Positions 12,601-20,016 of a stretch of 36,341 nt of DNA are shown in pieces (positions within the stretch are counted from its first letter, which is position 1; each line of letters begins with the position of its first letter). Source of the DNA: a virus. Its lineage: Duplodnaviria > Caudoviricetes. Made by a program: the position numbers and the translations under genes. The stretch lies in IMG/VR virus record IMGVR_UViG_3300010148_000043, positions 1-36,341 of that record; one strand, 5' to 3'. Under the pieces are notes generated by a model, which saw nothing but the letters and a program-made list of their open reading frames with translations, was not told where the DNA came from and searched no databases.

Positions 12601-15600
12601 GGATTATTCTAATTACTTTGACGACAATGCAGCTAGACAAATAATAAGAAATGCTTATAAAGATCCAGGATTATTAATAACGGTTGATAAATCAACGTTA
12701 GTTCATAATGATATGGTAAAGGATCTAGGTTTAAGTAAAAATCATTACTTTATTCATAAAGAGGCTGCCGGTGATATTTTATTAAAAGATAGCCCAGGAA
12801 CAAAAGCATATGTAGAATATTTTAAAACATATGAAAATAAATGGAGATTATTTCAATTACATAGCGTAAGAGAAGTGGGAGCTATTTATCAGGAAATACA
12901 ACCATTAGGAGAACGTTATAAGTTTGTTGAAATGGCTAGTAAAGATGCTTTAATTGAAAGTATACATCCTATAAATACTACTAAACATAAACAAAATGTA
13001 TCTCAACAACTAGAGAATTTACCTCCTAATAGCACAGAAGCTACTGAATCTATAGATGATTTATTGGGTATGCCACAACTTGCAGCTGAAAAGGTATTAG
13101 AAACAAAAATACAAGATCTAGAAAATAGATTATTAACATGGTTAAAAAAGGAATTTAACATTAATCAAAAAAGTTATAATGTATTAAAAACTAAAACCGG
13201 AAAAGATGCTTTAGGTATAGCAGACATAATGCATAAAGTAATACACCTATCAAACAAAAGAGATAGATACACTGTACCAGAAGAAACTGCTCACTTTTTT
13301 ATAGAAATGCTAAAAGATAAAGCTATTGTTAAGCGTTTAATGGAATTAGCAGCTGAAACTAATCTACATGGTGAAGTATTAAGAGATTATGCTGAAGTTT
13401 ATAATACACCTGAAGAGTTTAGGAAAGAAACAGCAGGTAAAATCTTAGGAAAGTATATTGTTTCTGAATATTATCAAGGAAAAGGCTTTAGTATTGGTGC
13501 AGAAACTACATTTGTAAAGGAATATAGGGGTCTTTTAGGTATATTAAAGAAGTTATGGGACAGAATTAAGTCTATTTTTACAGGAGAATCTGCAAATACA
13601 GAGCTAAATAGACATATTAGAGATGTTTTTGGCCAAAAAGCACGACAAGTTTTAAATGGAAGTTCTTTAGGATTAGATGTTAATTTATTACGAACTAATA
13701 CTATACAAAAATATTATAGTATAGGGGGTATAATGGATGGCGCAGGAAAATTAGGTGAGGGAGTATTAAATAAAGTAGGTAAAACTTTAAGTGTATTCGA
13801 TTTTACTTCCGCACAATTAAAAGAATTAGGAGATAAGGGTAAAGCATTATTACAACGAAGAGCATCCTGGAATCAATCTGATTATATAACAGAATTATTA
13901 GCAGATAGTAATAGAATTACAGAACCGATGGGGGAAAATAATTTTTATACTAAAGATGGTATACAATTAACAAGAGTAACAGCTGTACAAGACTACTTTA
14001 CTAATGCATTTGCCGAAGAGGAAATGGCAGTTAAAGTTGCTAAAGCAAATCGAAATAAAGGAGATATATTTAATTCTGCAGAAAGAGTATTAAATCTATG
14101 GCGTTTTTTACAAGAAGGAGGTACTGAAGTGCATAAAGTAATGGAAGCTATTATAAATGGTAAAACCAATGAGCAAGTAATGGATTCTGTTAATATAGAT
14201 CCAAAAAGTAAAAAAGCTATTAAATCTTCTTTATCATTATTAAGAACTTGGGTTCAAGATAAAATGAATAAAGGTAGTAAGTTATATGCTGAAGTTAAGA
14301 TCGCTGATATGAATAATCTTTTAGCGGGAACAATAGATGTTATAGAACAAACAAGCACCGGTAAAATATACTTACACGACTTTAAAAGTAAAGTACTTGG
14401 AAAATTAGTAGAATTAGAAAAAAAATTACCTAACTTTAAATATGCATTATCAGGTGTACCAAATACTATATTAAATCAGTATAGATTACAGCTTTCGCTA
14501 TATAAATATATACTAGAAAAGAAAGGCATAAAGGTAGATGGTATTAAAGTACAACCATTAGAAGTGGGTGTTAATATAACTCCGGAAACAGGTAATATTA
14601 ATTATAGTTCTATTGCATTTCCTAGTGCAACATCACCGGTATTAAATAAACTAAATAATTTAAAACCTATTGATAATACAATCATATCAAATGTTCTTAA
14701 GAAACTTAATCCGGAATCTACAGGAGTTGCGGAAGAATTAAAAGAGAAAGATGCTACAGTTAGAGTATTACAACAGGCTAAAAACGTTATAAAAAAGAAA
14801 ATAGATAAATATAAAAAGTCTGGAAATCCTAATTATTTAGATACTATGAAAGAATTGTCTAAACAATTAGAAGAGGTAAGTGAAAAAGAAGGTATTGTAT
14901 TATTTGTAAAAAGAGCATTAAAAGAAATAAATGATGCGCATAAAAGATTATTACAATTACAAAAAGATGATGCAGTTACAGCTAGAAATCTAGCAGAAAT
15001 TAGAAACTATGTATCAGCATATGAAATATTAGATGAGATGACCCTGTTGGCACCTTCATTAGGAAAAACAGGTTATGAGAATTTAATTAATACATATGTA
15101 GCACCTGCAGTATTAAAGAGACAACAGGTAGAAGAATTATATAAAGCATTAGGAAGACCTATTATTGCGGACTTTTTAACAAAATATAGTACTAAGCCGG
15201 GAATGACTAAGCAGAAGATGGAAGCAGAGCTTATTAAAGCTAGTAGAGATATTAATTATTTAGCGAGATGGTTAAACGCATTAGCAGATTCTTCGATGAC
15301 AGAATTAGCAATGATCGATAAACATGTTGCTATAAAAAGAAATATAGTTCAAGAGGCTAAATATAATTTAGAATACGGCCAAGGAAAAGAAAAGGGTATG
15401 TTAGACATATTACAAGCTTTTGAAAATCATAGAGCGGAGCAGGGGGCTAGTGTTACTAATTATGTTGAGTTATTTGAACCTATATTAGAAATGCATGAAG
15501 GAAAACCTACAGGACATATAGTAGGACCACAATCATATGCATTTAGACAAAAGAAATATGAATTTATTAAAGCTAAAAAAGAAGCTGGAGAAGCTATTAC

Positions 15601-17596
15601 AAGCAGACTTTGGAATGAATTCTATGAAAATAATCAGTTTGTAGAAGATCCTAAATATCTTCAACTAATGAAATTACCAGAAACACATCCTGTAAGAGAA
15701 TTCTATGACTTTTTCCTTGAAAATTACAAATATGCGCAAAGTATATTACCGGGATTTGCGAGAAGAGGATTAATGTTACCTGGATTAAGAAAAACACCAC
15801 AAGAGAAGTTTATGGAAACATCAGGCTTTGTTGGATTAAAAGGAGGATGGAATGCAATAAAAGAAGCTGCATTACAAAAATTTACTGTTCTAGAGGATGA
15901 GATAGAATATAAAGAAAACGTAGATGAAAAAGGAGATGCTATGCATTATGTACCTATTCACTACAGTGAAAAAATAGGAACAGAAGAAGGGATGTTAAAT
16001 CCTGAAGACGTTTCTTATGATTTATCTAGTGCATTATCTATGTACTATACTATGGCTGTAAATAATCAGCAAATGAATGAGATCATAGCGGAATTAGAAT
16101 TAACAAAGGAATTACTTAGAACAAGAAAGGTAACTAAACTTAAGGCTGGTATGCCTGTTATAGATAATGTGACAGATGCTCAAGTTACTACAGAGGGGGT
16201 TCAATCTTTAGCTTATAATAGATTGGTTGATTATTTAAATATGGTTGTTTACGGGGAAAGAAAGAAAAAGAGTTCGGATGTAATGACTATAGCAGGGAAA
16301 AAAGTTACTATGGATAAGGTAATGGATGGTTTCTTGTCGTATAATAGTTTAAGAGTATTAGCATTAAATCCACATGCTGGTTTTGTAAACGTAGGATTTG
16401 GTAATTTAATGAATAGTATAGAAGCCTATGCGGGTCAGTATTTTGGTAGAAAGAATTTTATTAAAGCTAAAACGTATTATTGGGGACAATTATCTGGTAT
16501 ATTAAAAGATACTGTAGGTAGAGTTCCTACTTCTAAAGTAGGATTAATGAATGAATACTATAATGTATTACAACATTTTGATGAATTTGGAAATAGAATT
16601 AAGCATAAATCAATGGCTATGCGTGGTTTGCATACAGGTGCATTTTTCTTTATGATGACTATGGGGGAGCATATGCTACAAAGTCAATTATTTATGGCTA
16701 TGGCTTTGGAGAAAACGTTTAAATTAGCCGATGGTAAAACAATTAATCTATGGGATGCACATAAAGTAGTTAATGGTAAGTTGATACTTAATGATGAAGT
16801 TGCTGAACAATTTACTGAAACTGATAGAGCTATATTTAAAGAAAGGGTGCAAGGCGCTTATCAAAGATTACATGGTATATACAATCAAAAAGATAGAAAT
16901 GCTATACAACAATATGCAGCGGGTAGATGGGTCATGCAGTTACGTAAATGGATGCCATCTGGATTCCAAAGAAGATTTGAAGGTATGGAGAAATTATGGT
17001 ATGATAAAAAATCTGAATTTAAAGGACCCGAATGGAATGAAAGATTACAATCATATGTAGAAGGTAATTACATTACTACATTACGTTTTATAAACCAATT
17101 AAAATGGGATATAGCAAAACTTAAAATGTATACTATAAAAGAAAAATGGAATGAATTAGATACTTGGCAACAGCAAAATGTAAAACGTTCTATAGGCGAG
17201 GTAGCAGGTTTCTTTGTTTTATTAGCGCTATCGGGTCTTATAAGGACTGGAGAAGATGAAGATGAAAAAGGATATGTATATTATCAATCTTTATATACTG
17301 TACATAGAATGAAACAAGAATTATTATTCTTCTCATGGTTACCTGAAACATTTAATGTATTAAAGTCTCCTGCAGCTAGTATAACATCTTTAGAAGTATT
17401 AGTAAATTTAGTAGGCCAATTACTTACTGATACAGGATCTATAGTAATGGGTCAGGATATAGAGAGATATAAAAGAAAAACCGGAATGTGGGATAAAGGA
17501 GATCCTAAAATTTGGTCAAAATTATATAAAACTGTTCCATTAACACAGGTATTTGCAAAAGCAAAGGATAAGTTAAGCTGGTTTCATTTAAACTAA
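686..17596 (+). CDS. Giant (5636 aa) virion-packaged multidomain protein containing a crAss-like two-barrel DNA-dependent RNA polymerase
   Basis: Catalytic loop GSDFDIDK (D at 10880, about aa 3399) preceded by GYRIPTQG (10757). Also TDAQGY (9617), KQIKHS and FESGVKVG. Zincin-like segments near 6700 and 13280, PD-(D/E)xK motifs at about 14120-14500, and Gly-rich hydrophobic helices near both ends. Confidence 0.92.
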   Translation: MSDNNSLQNLLDNSSTEPLKLNPVTNLPMKPSEQKPTPIKGANSIKDLVDYTYMDPARDESYFSNPVNPDDPYDMKRVDWPVHDRSQIDSMRNARQSHGDRLLGWVNQSVAEIGGGTIWGIGALLDLAAGNAENDYENYITKFGKGWIDWSKDVTPIFLANPGKGWDTSDPAWWASNAVSLVSTLSLLIPAAGTVRLAGFAGRAMSMGGRLMRVSGKASKLGTKSLRYQLGNVLAKTTRLGGKRGQALGKMTLGGMSMRYMENYREAGETFVTSYDKNLEFLTDDTAWENFLESADGKKFLEENPDFKLTDPYIREEAAKYIAGHAAHKSFNMNWANAAFDILQYGLVFGHLGRLAKGTRGSVLMGHSNKVRQAQNAMLKNPKLPRTRLGRIWQNYGKTPTKWGAWAYSEGIEEQINWISMQEGIRHGDVMAGNVGPSNPDWYSKGMGRPDFSLWPSMFLGPENRKTAYSQEGSYWASTLFGAMGGGGFTMLGGLVNRKTNKARQQRQIEEIGKRQEFIINALNKRNEAHEKGDVEGVKLQNKLLAVNLGLNASQAGNVDLLLEQINDENFDQLLLDNGVSKDDLDSTKRAVIEDIKQAEKRYRNYSNRIFGNEYGAGAARAVTELEMAMDMYSELMEDIDNRINESQENTKIAEEKAKIGVNTKRRRTIQTNITSLKQTLEKVETIIENLENDNATPNITKEEKAQNDSTIANFKQWKDNYTAELKLLTQEGADLEKNSKETYTEDKFKEEQEYLQQTNRNDVVQLANQKQIYKANRLAAWKQLNQILSGNFEFTVKQKKSDKIEDALLSDKELKKKLAMDKQDRADIERSWNSITKKNARAAQTDATVQDLMDLLSNPATTQDQIDIFLDEYQDNKDVQSLSKPLIANWRTRKDQLELQASIDNLRKASQEINEAVQEGREIKDSEKVINNVMRLLNEIWGVEGIQKDGKGNPLSLKQQNAKRRDYNWADNLSKFIARYKYGIPESLNWRWDQIFDNFVPNHQVMWNNRIGVIYQDSGTLFFEDENQHKTAITKDPDILFNLDMIVLKNSTTVPITVEEDGRTFNIKGSYYSNLKENPTDAIKYNSEGIPTAVTLTRWIGHDITITTPGIVLDIARVIETLEAVKIAKFASLNNAENSLDLGDTIHYAIMEKTPTGYELVVYNEETGKKVKGSTKEGKSLKHLAHAILSNKIEKEINNIKKEFNESTTTYNVTPTETSKEALSGTPGQAASVSQEVEGREDNPAKKEEKITASAQSSSAIVNVDRAKVTEKEKKEIIDDINNDALQTDKQNAEKIIEEEKQKNEDNLKEETSESIDNLLKESKSNPEKTVDLIDSSVNQQVPGKIKAPRAKLVTNPTATNRNKIELDKAYPQAWTPQYIGVNLGTKAAPLWVQAVDINGNSVPMFSRSNGAAYRIIPESFLSPTQLDNLDKQSPGSGTVTSVWYNEPRKNMNNQVMREGNRIIVNKEKQVRYTVINPKTKKQENAVMVVYPGSTNQADIIDFDIANSPETGVGTDVILRVEPNWQYYKSKDANDVVITVRLAANPETVISIMRGGTASFKQNLLLRKNIAEALKGNRPMDIKAKIAGKTDGFVTNLKKRGISLKQSIEVLGSDVVLGYGMDGTVRIPNSTVSVSNSQYVENGTVYAAMKSASGRIIPIRLETSNLDNNSAAKVLEIILDNKLSEEDRRAQVNKIVQVYGKLEEDTQLAMDNYRIKFPYAGKMIGLQIHPEGSDQISNFEKFITGKPYKYILYDQSGLIQSEGKVQRKGGDTVQKILRNSTDFSSQNLVDNRSVFIEHLKTKKYNVQGHELNVNEPYMSPINNLEYTNYLEYLSDPDIRVLTTDIPGGTAAKFHHSIIYTEVLDDTTKVSLPFQKAELTKQEIKEFTEPQLDEEVVTAIEEEATMSIDDLIENNKKKPKTKNDIDNLDDLDLPGIKLREVDVVNPPSYNMLTEEEVTWFTEKFGKEGLNVLERMKWIRVSKGRNAWGFYKNGLVTLAKEGKQGTAYWEAFRRVFDIHLSEEEKTSILMEASMVYGHSLSIINNKNLSQEQLETELAKNFMEFMLNEKDPSFKGAIKKFFKELWYAIRKFMGAVGSIERTFRNIRDTKYKNYTQAELAKLSNVENEQLRQMYNKDGQPMPQEFVEEVVGNINHDLYSALQVKAKEDNVSFESYLKDQKQLDIFYDTLRKQYKAIGKKILETPGISDRVKSIGENYIRITEDSLWGIRTDALHNLTSPGFKKLAIQNLQPLFGVKYTTYRGQEITDDLDANEVNDIVQETEPQAQERIHGINYYFRPVKDTLSKDVKIGLSFIQSKEKGKILGKYRFVPFDDVYNYLALNLSNSPEGKVLEKLKTLQHELVPQVLQKYTEAGPAWQNKFITHFNKQNIAFKTLVIDNNGTVKVMYTNRNGLERQIINDWMSGKSTSPIFKEVNGENDTIDTKVAKEFQEIIENDLVNIHNKYRNINNKSKQSEGKKEYMVPMMKVLKSLGITLPQNMKSDLFNDDSITVESLHKYMYGSNSFQYVFKNLVRGISPYMANNMEMGALGKLSKFVSQYKIDSYLSSFIGGNRKSIYSINLNTYDSERTLALRSAETYKQTVGRYFKDVFYKPNSNVSHIILDMILKHPDVRNNFQLSTFDVIKEKGTFGRATAYDRMTENLSALSRFSMFNNSGNRFAEFSTGTKSDKGQFKFLTLPKIHPKNKGLGMWKSTKLGIEGFVETAVELMRPLALGEYARISKIERQLFDIDMDLKHQVKNLHYKNEPGDNQGNGLRFMFFRDLNETELFNKETNRLQAISTTNNSNIEVYNKLSSMLDGYLRSYVSKQIRKTIDAFVEAKAVVKVGKEIHNINLPMQAISGKSIGKDITLAIVEFAVNDIVMKPYINTIFGPDLAFYKTDKQGNPMIDAGKRQYQSVTPKMNLTYNEEHDYGAKPKFTHAVVRDIIKRSPETVQRFEKILKNAGVEAKVAKEIASAYTEVLKTDAQGYTTLEFHKRQMESQGKWSKEHESAYQTYWRKGLMGGKAEQELLLDPLKTYFFGEVLEDDGHGNETIVFKQIKHSTIPLMRGYTEIFAENDITTLDDLRQRMEATGKYKGMQPIDMINFESGVKVGISGISNLQDLNNVNVEVLDTKYLGAPQIITTKAKDPLFGSQFAKLLPSNIENDASYVLNNGDRLLGEEVKTLYNDLWYEKIERSSNKLSRKIGYKAFMDILENRGEISNKEFGIAQLKFLKKVKNEVYQMLQERELPDNYFLALDIQELIDDVDAYGYVTPMAFPTFSKRFENILLSLFKNNILKQKAKGMSAVQIADFGWSLTNELQIKANGNKGVYAEVALPYDLVHKLGLKVGDNLSEVDQSLLELVGYRIPTQGKNSMLALKVVKILPKNMGSIIQLPAEITTIMGSDFDIDKMYIMFPELTKDKKRETAFKLGQYRTKKSFEGLSDQAVNQALFDISHSILSSKHSVKEILTPLDSNTYKEAIKDYREAGITEDISDFDVFTPAADMYLEKINKDAAMLIGLFSMNSTSHALAQDMDVTLNNVAVYFNSKKGQEHTSLSNIYDFDGNYISDHIKDDQNESIDNAKNQRIGPAGVTVYNHGVKMLLNRVGVPGRASLDFINQPMIKEYQKSKATNTDNVSDIKLAERVAEEWGVKQEFLEAKKLFGEDRFFTPSTSSLKTSLKHTKGGERTNKVQQAQLLADFFNYLDIARDISKLNMLLNPEGLKNFSRLSYLEAFKNAEGHLNSTSSYINIGKMPKRTEAFIKFGIDEAINVTSYFIPFNKEGFLELKRSIAKYTGQQDGVLSQELIETINSLALYYVFTQPTSPLGELFYTENKSDMSVIKKRLFTLSESTVSRFLNLRSRKNMFNDKFFGMLFAHRENTGKNRFIKLLAFNNASKLDASQKSAITDRWEQLLDPTVTKDVEVRRMAEALVLYSIITSGFISTGPNTFVDLIPNSYWSNKSENRDSLSNFFRKEVRTMDYSNYFDDNAARQIIRNAYKDPGLLITVDKSTLVHNDMVKDLGLSKNHYFIHKEAAGDILLKDSPGTKAYVEYFKTYENKWRLFQLHSVREVGAIYQEIQPLGERYKFVEMASKDALIESIHPINTTKHKQNVSQQLENLPPNSTEATESIDDLLGMPQLAAEKVLETKIQDLENRLLTWLKKEFNINQKSYNVLKTKTGKDALGIADIMHKVIHLSNKRDRYTVPEETAHFFIEMLKDKAIVKRLMELAAETNLHGEVLRDYAEVYNTPEEFRKETAGKILGKYIVSEYYQGKGFSIGAETTFVKEYRGLLGILKKLWDRIKSIFTGESANTELNRHIRDVFGQKARQVLNGSSLGLDVNLLRTNTIQKYYSIGGIMDGAGKLGEGVLNKVGKTLSVFDFTSAQLKELGDKGKALLQRRASWNQSDYITELLADSNRITEPMGENNFYTKDGIQLTRVTAVQDYFTNAFAEEEMAVKVAKANRNKGDIFNSAERVLNLWRFLQEGGTEVHKVMEAIINGKTNEQVMDSVNIDPKSKKAIKSSLSLLRTWVQDKMNKGSKLYAEVKIADMNNLLAGTIDVIEQTSTGKIYLHDFKSKVLGKLVELEKKLPNFKYALSGVPNTILNQYRLQLSLYKYILEKKGIKVDGIKVQPLEVGVNITPETGNINYSSIAFPSATSPVLNKLNNLKPIDNTIISNVLKKLNPESTGVAEELKEKDATVRVLQQAKNVIKKKIDKYKKSGNPNYLDTMKELSKQLEEVSEKEGIVLFVKRALKEINDAHKRLLQLQKDDAVTARNLAEIRNYVSAYEILDEMTLLAPSLGKTGYENLINTYVAPAVLKRQQVEELYKALGRPIIADFLTKYSTKPGMTKQKMEAELIKASRDINYLARWLNALADSSMTELAMIDKHVAIKRNIVQEAKYNLEYGQGKEKGMLDILQAFENHRAEQGASVTNYVELFEPILEMHEGKPTGHIVGPQSYAFRQKKYEFIKAKKEAGEAITSRLWNEFYENNQFVEDPKYLQLMKLPETHPVREFYDFFLENYKYAQSILPGFARRGLMLPGLRKTPQEKFMETSGFVGLKGGWNAIKEAALQKFTVLEDEIEYKENVDEKGDAMHYVPIHYSEKIGTEEGMLNPEDVSYDLSSALSMYYTMAVNNQQMNEIIAELELTKELLRTRKVTKLKAGMPVIDNVTDAQVTTEGVQSLAYNRLVDYLNMVVYGERKKKSSDVMTIAGKKVTMDKVMDGFLSYNSLRVLALNPHAGFVNVGFGNLMNSIEAYAGQYFGRKNFIKAKTYYWGQLSGILKDTVGRVPTSKVGLMNEYYNVLQHFDEFGNRIKHKSMAMRGLHTGAFFFMMTMGEHMLQSQLFMAMALEKTFKLADGKTINLWDAHKVVNGKLILNDEVAEQFTETDRAIFKERVQGAYQRLHGIYNQKDRNAIQQYAAGRWVMQLRKWMPSGFQRRFEGMEKLWYDKKSEFKGPEWNERLQSYVEGNYITTLRFINQLKWDIAKLKMYTIKEKWNELDTWQQQNVKRSIGEVAGFFVLLALSGLIRTGEDEDEKGYVYYQSLYTVHRMKQELLFFSWLPETFNVLKSPAASITSLEVLVNLVGQLLTDTGSIVMGQDIERYKRKTGMWDKGDPKIWSKLYKTVPLTQVFAKAKDKLSWFHLN
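4302..4442 (+). CDS. Candidate nested 46-aa basic protein in the +1 frame of the giant ORF
   Basis: ATG follows the A-rich leader ataacataaaaaaagaattta. Translation is MNLQQLIMLLPQKLQKKLLAVPPVKQPAFLKKLREGKTTQPKKKKK*. It lies in a low-complexity linker of the host frame. Confidence 0.35.
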   Translation: MNLQQLIMLLPQKLQKKLLAVPPVKQPAFLKKLREGKTTQPKKKKK

Positions 17597-17925
17597 TGAG
17601 AGAATTCGATGAGTTATATGAAGAGGAGTTTTCTGACGAAGAAAAGGAAGCTATAAGAAGATCTTCTATGATCAATACATATAGACTTCTTACAAGTAAT
17701 TATGATTTTAGTATATTTCCTGATAATCTATTTTGGCTACTAAGTGATTATAATGAAGAAAATGTATTTAATGTATTATTAGATTATTTTGAGTCAACAG
17801 AAGAATATGAGTTATGTGCAGATATAAAAAAAATGCAAGATAATTTTGAAAAAATAAAGAGCAGCCGTGCAGCTAAAAAAAACACAATGATACGATACAT
17901 CATGGGGCCTAAAGATGGGGAGTAG
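17596..17925 (+). CDS. Hypothetical acidic helical protein with a UVR-like motif
   Basis: TAATG stop/start coupling with the giant ORF; FESTEEYELCADIKK segment. Confidence 0.75.
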   Translation: MREFDELYEEEFSDEEKEAIRRSSMINTYRLLTSNYDFSIFPDNLFWLLSDYNEENVFNVLLDYFESTEEYELCADIKKMQDNFEKIKSSRAAKKNTMIRYIMGPKDGE

Positions 17926-17930
17926 ATATC

Positions 17931-18518
17931 CTAGTATAAACCAGGAATATCTACTATGTCCATCAAATTCTTAAATTCACTTCTATCAAAGAATTCATCA
18001 CTTCTACTTACAATAGGCCAAACTTCATCATTTTCTGATAAAGATACACCAAGTCTATCTTCCCAGTATATCTTTAACGAGTTATCCTTATCCAGGATCA
18101 AGGGCATTGGGCTATTGGGAGCGCGATGTCTCATAATACGAATTTTAGCGGGATCGGAAAGTTGTGAATATTTACCATCTATAAACTTATCATAATCCGG
18201 TTTAAAAGAAGGAGATATAGTAAAAACAAACATTATATATTTACCACCCCATAAATTATATGAAGTTTTAAAATATTTATTATTCTCTATATCCTTTTCT
18301 AAACGCATAAAATGACGATTACCATAATATTTCATTAACACAAAAACATCAGGAGATTCTAGATCCCAATCTAACATATCCTTATCACCAAGATAAGCAT
18401 TTACTAAATAGGGAGCTAGATCTACCTTATCATATCCAGTTAATGGAAATATAAAATCTACAGTTTTGGTTGGTTTAACTTTATCAGCAATTCTCCTTAA
18501 TTCTTGAGATATTTTCAT
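17931..18518 (-). CDS. Hypothetical phage protein, last gene of the replication block
   Basis: 195-aa ORF overlapping the upstream nuclease gene and converging on the + strand late block. Confidence 0.8.
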   Translation of the reverse strand: MKISQELRRIADKVKPTKTVDFIFPLTGYDKVDLAPYLVNAYLGDKDMLDWDLESPDVFVLMKYYGNRHFMRLEKDIENNKYFKTSYNLWGGKYIMFVFTISPSFKPDYDKFIDGKYSQLSDPAKIRIMRHRAPNSPMPLILDKDNSLKIYWEDRLGVSLSENDEVWPIVSRSDEFFDRSEFKNLMDIVDIPGLY

Positions 18519-19485
18519 CCGATAATTTTAGGTTAACAATTCCATCATTTTTATAATACTCCATTGGGAAATCCCAAAGGTTTTTATTTACATGCCATTT
18601 ATATCTTGCGACTAATTCATCAAATTCATCTGTACCAACAGATAAATCTGCTAAAGCTGGCTTGTAAACAACACATTCATGTAGCCCAGTGGTCTGCACC
18701 ACTACAATATAAGAAAGAATATCGTATTCTTTTTTGTCAATCCCAAGTTTTTCCAAATAGCTATGTACTGCTAGTCTGTAAATAGCCATTTGTCTATAAT
18801 AATTATAAGAGAAATAACTTCTCTCAAAATTATATACAGATTTGGAACTTGTTTTCAAGTCTACGATATAAACTTTCTTATTTTCTACATCAAGTATTAA
18901 ATTATCAATAATGGATTTTACATTAACATCTTTGTAAATCCAAGAAATTTCAAATTCAGGTTTTCCATCTTTGTCCTCTTCAGGAAACAATAGCGGATGT
19001 GTCATCTGGTGTTCAATAAGTTTGTCATAACAATTTTTTATAACCTCCATATCGTCTTGAGATAATACAGTTTTACCCGAATTTTCTTTTAGAAATTTGT
19101 AATAAGCTTGATTCTCGTCAGAATTAAACTTCTTTAACACGGTTTCTAAAGCCGTTTTAAATCCGGATTTATCATAGCACAATTCGTGCAGTGTTTGATA
19201 ACCGTCTAGTTTTAGTTGTTTTGGCATATTCTCATTAATCATAACAGCTTCTGCTTCTACATATGATTCAATAAATACGCCCATCATTCCTCCTACAGGA
19301 TTAGAATGAGATACTACATATCTATCATTAAATTCTTTATGTTCTAAAACATAACAATGAATTGCAGACCCTAAATCAAAAGCTTTACTGTCTTTATGCA
19401 ATTCTCTAGCCTTATATTTCATAAAATATCTAGGGCTAACACTTAACGCACTCAACGAGGAGTGACTAACATGATCTTCATTCAT
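18484..19485 (-). CDS. PD-(D/E)xK exonuclease, RecE/exonuclease VIII (DUF3799)-like
   Basis: SHSSL, FDLGSAIHCYVLE, KSIIDNL, IVDLKT and YYRQMAIY motifs. Confidence 0.88.
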   Translation of the reverse strand: MNEDHVSHSSLSALSVSPRYFMKYKARELHKDSKAFDLGSAIHCYVLEHKEFNDRYVVSHSNPVGGMMGVFIESYVEAEAVMINENMPKQLKLDGYQTLHELCYDKSGFKTALETVLKKFNSDENQAYYKFLKENSGKTVLSQDDMEVIKNCYDKLIEHQMTHPLLFPEEDKDGKPEFEISWIYKDVNVKSIIDNLILDVENKKVYIVDLKTSSKSVYNFERSYFSYNYYRQMAIYRLAVHSYLEKLGIDKKEYDILSYIVVVQTTGLHECVVYKPALADLSVGTDEFDELVARYKWHVNKNLWDFPMEYYKNDGIVNLKLSDENISRIKENC

Positions 19486-19963
19486 CTTTTTTATATTTAC
19501 TTAATTCAAAAATTAATTTACGATCTTCAAAATCTTCTACAGGTATAAACTCAATTTCACCAGAATTTGGTATTAATTTACAGTTATCATCTTCAATCAT
19601 CCCCATTTCTACAAGAGTGTCTTGAAAACATTTAATCCATATCCATAAATTATCTACATCCCATTTAGGTTCATATCCAGGTTTAGGAGCTCTCCATCTT
19701 AATTCCCCTTTAAACATTCTAACATCACCATGGTTTATAGTAGTATAGACATATAACTTTACCTTCATAGGTAAAATGTCTTCTAATTCTAATACCGGTG
19801 GAATATATTGGGAGATATAAGTATGCATTCTTCTTACGACAAGCGCTCGAAGATGGTAATTCATTCCTGTAAATAATTTCTGACCATTTATTTTTATATA
19901 CTTAGTATTTGTTTTAGCAATATGTGTAATAAATTTTGGAATTGTTATTAGTACTTTATCCAT
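19478..19963 (-). CDS. rusA: RusA-like Holliday junction resolvase
   Basis: WDVDNL..KCFQDTL..G.IEDDN matches the RusA DxDN..K..D...DD catalytic pattern. Confidence 0.78.
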   Translation of the reverse strand: MDKVLITIPKFITHIAKTNTKYIKINGQKLFTGMNYHLRALVVRRMHTYISQYIPPVLELEDILPMKVKLYVYTTINHGDVRMFKGELRWRAPKPGYEPKWDVDNLWIWIKCFQDTLVEMGMIEDDNCKLIPNSGEIEFIPVEDFEDRKLIFELSKYKKDE

Positions 19964-19976
19964 ATTTTTTTATTTT

Positions 19977-20009
19977 AAGGAATAGGGAGCCCGTTAGGAC
20001 CCCCTCCTT
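19977..20009 (-). terminator. Stem-loop after rIIB (terminator or processing hairpin)
   Basis: Minus strand reads GGGGGTCC-TAAC-GGGCTCCC; the G.U pairs form only on the minus strand. The U tail is weak. Confidence 0.5.
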
Positions 20010-20016
20010 GATTAAC

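Noticed and set aside
16791-17060. 89-aa +1-frame ORF within the giant gene
   Set aside because: Overlaps a conserved-looking region of the main frame; its Leu/Lys/Met-rich composition is typical of a frame shadow, and it has no clear leader.
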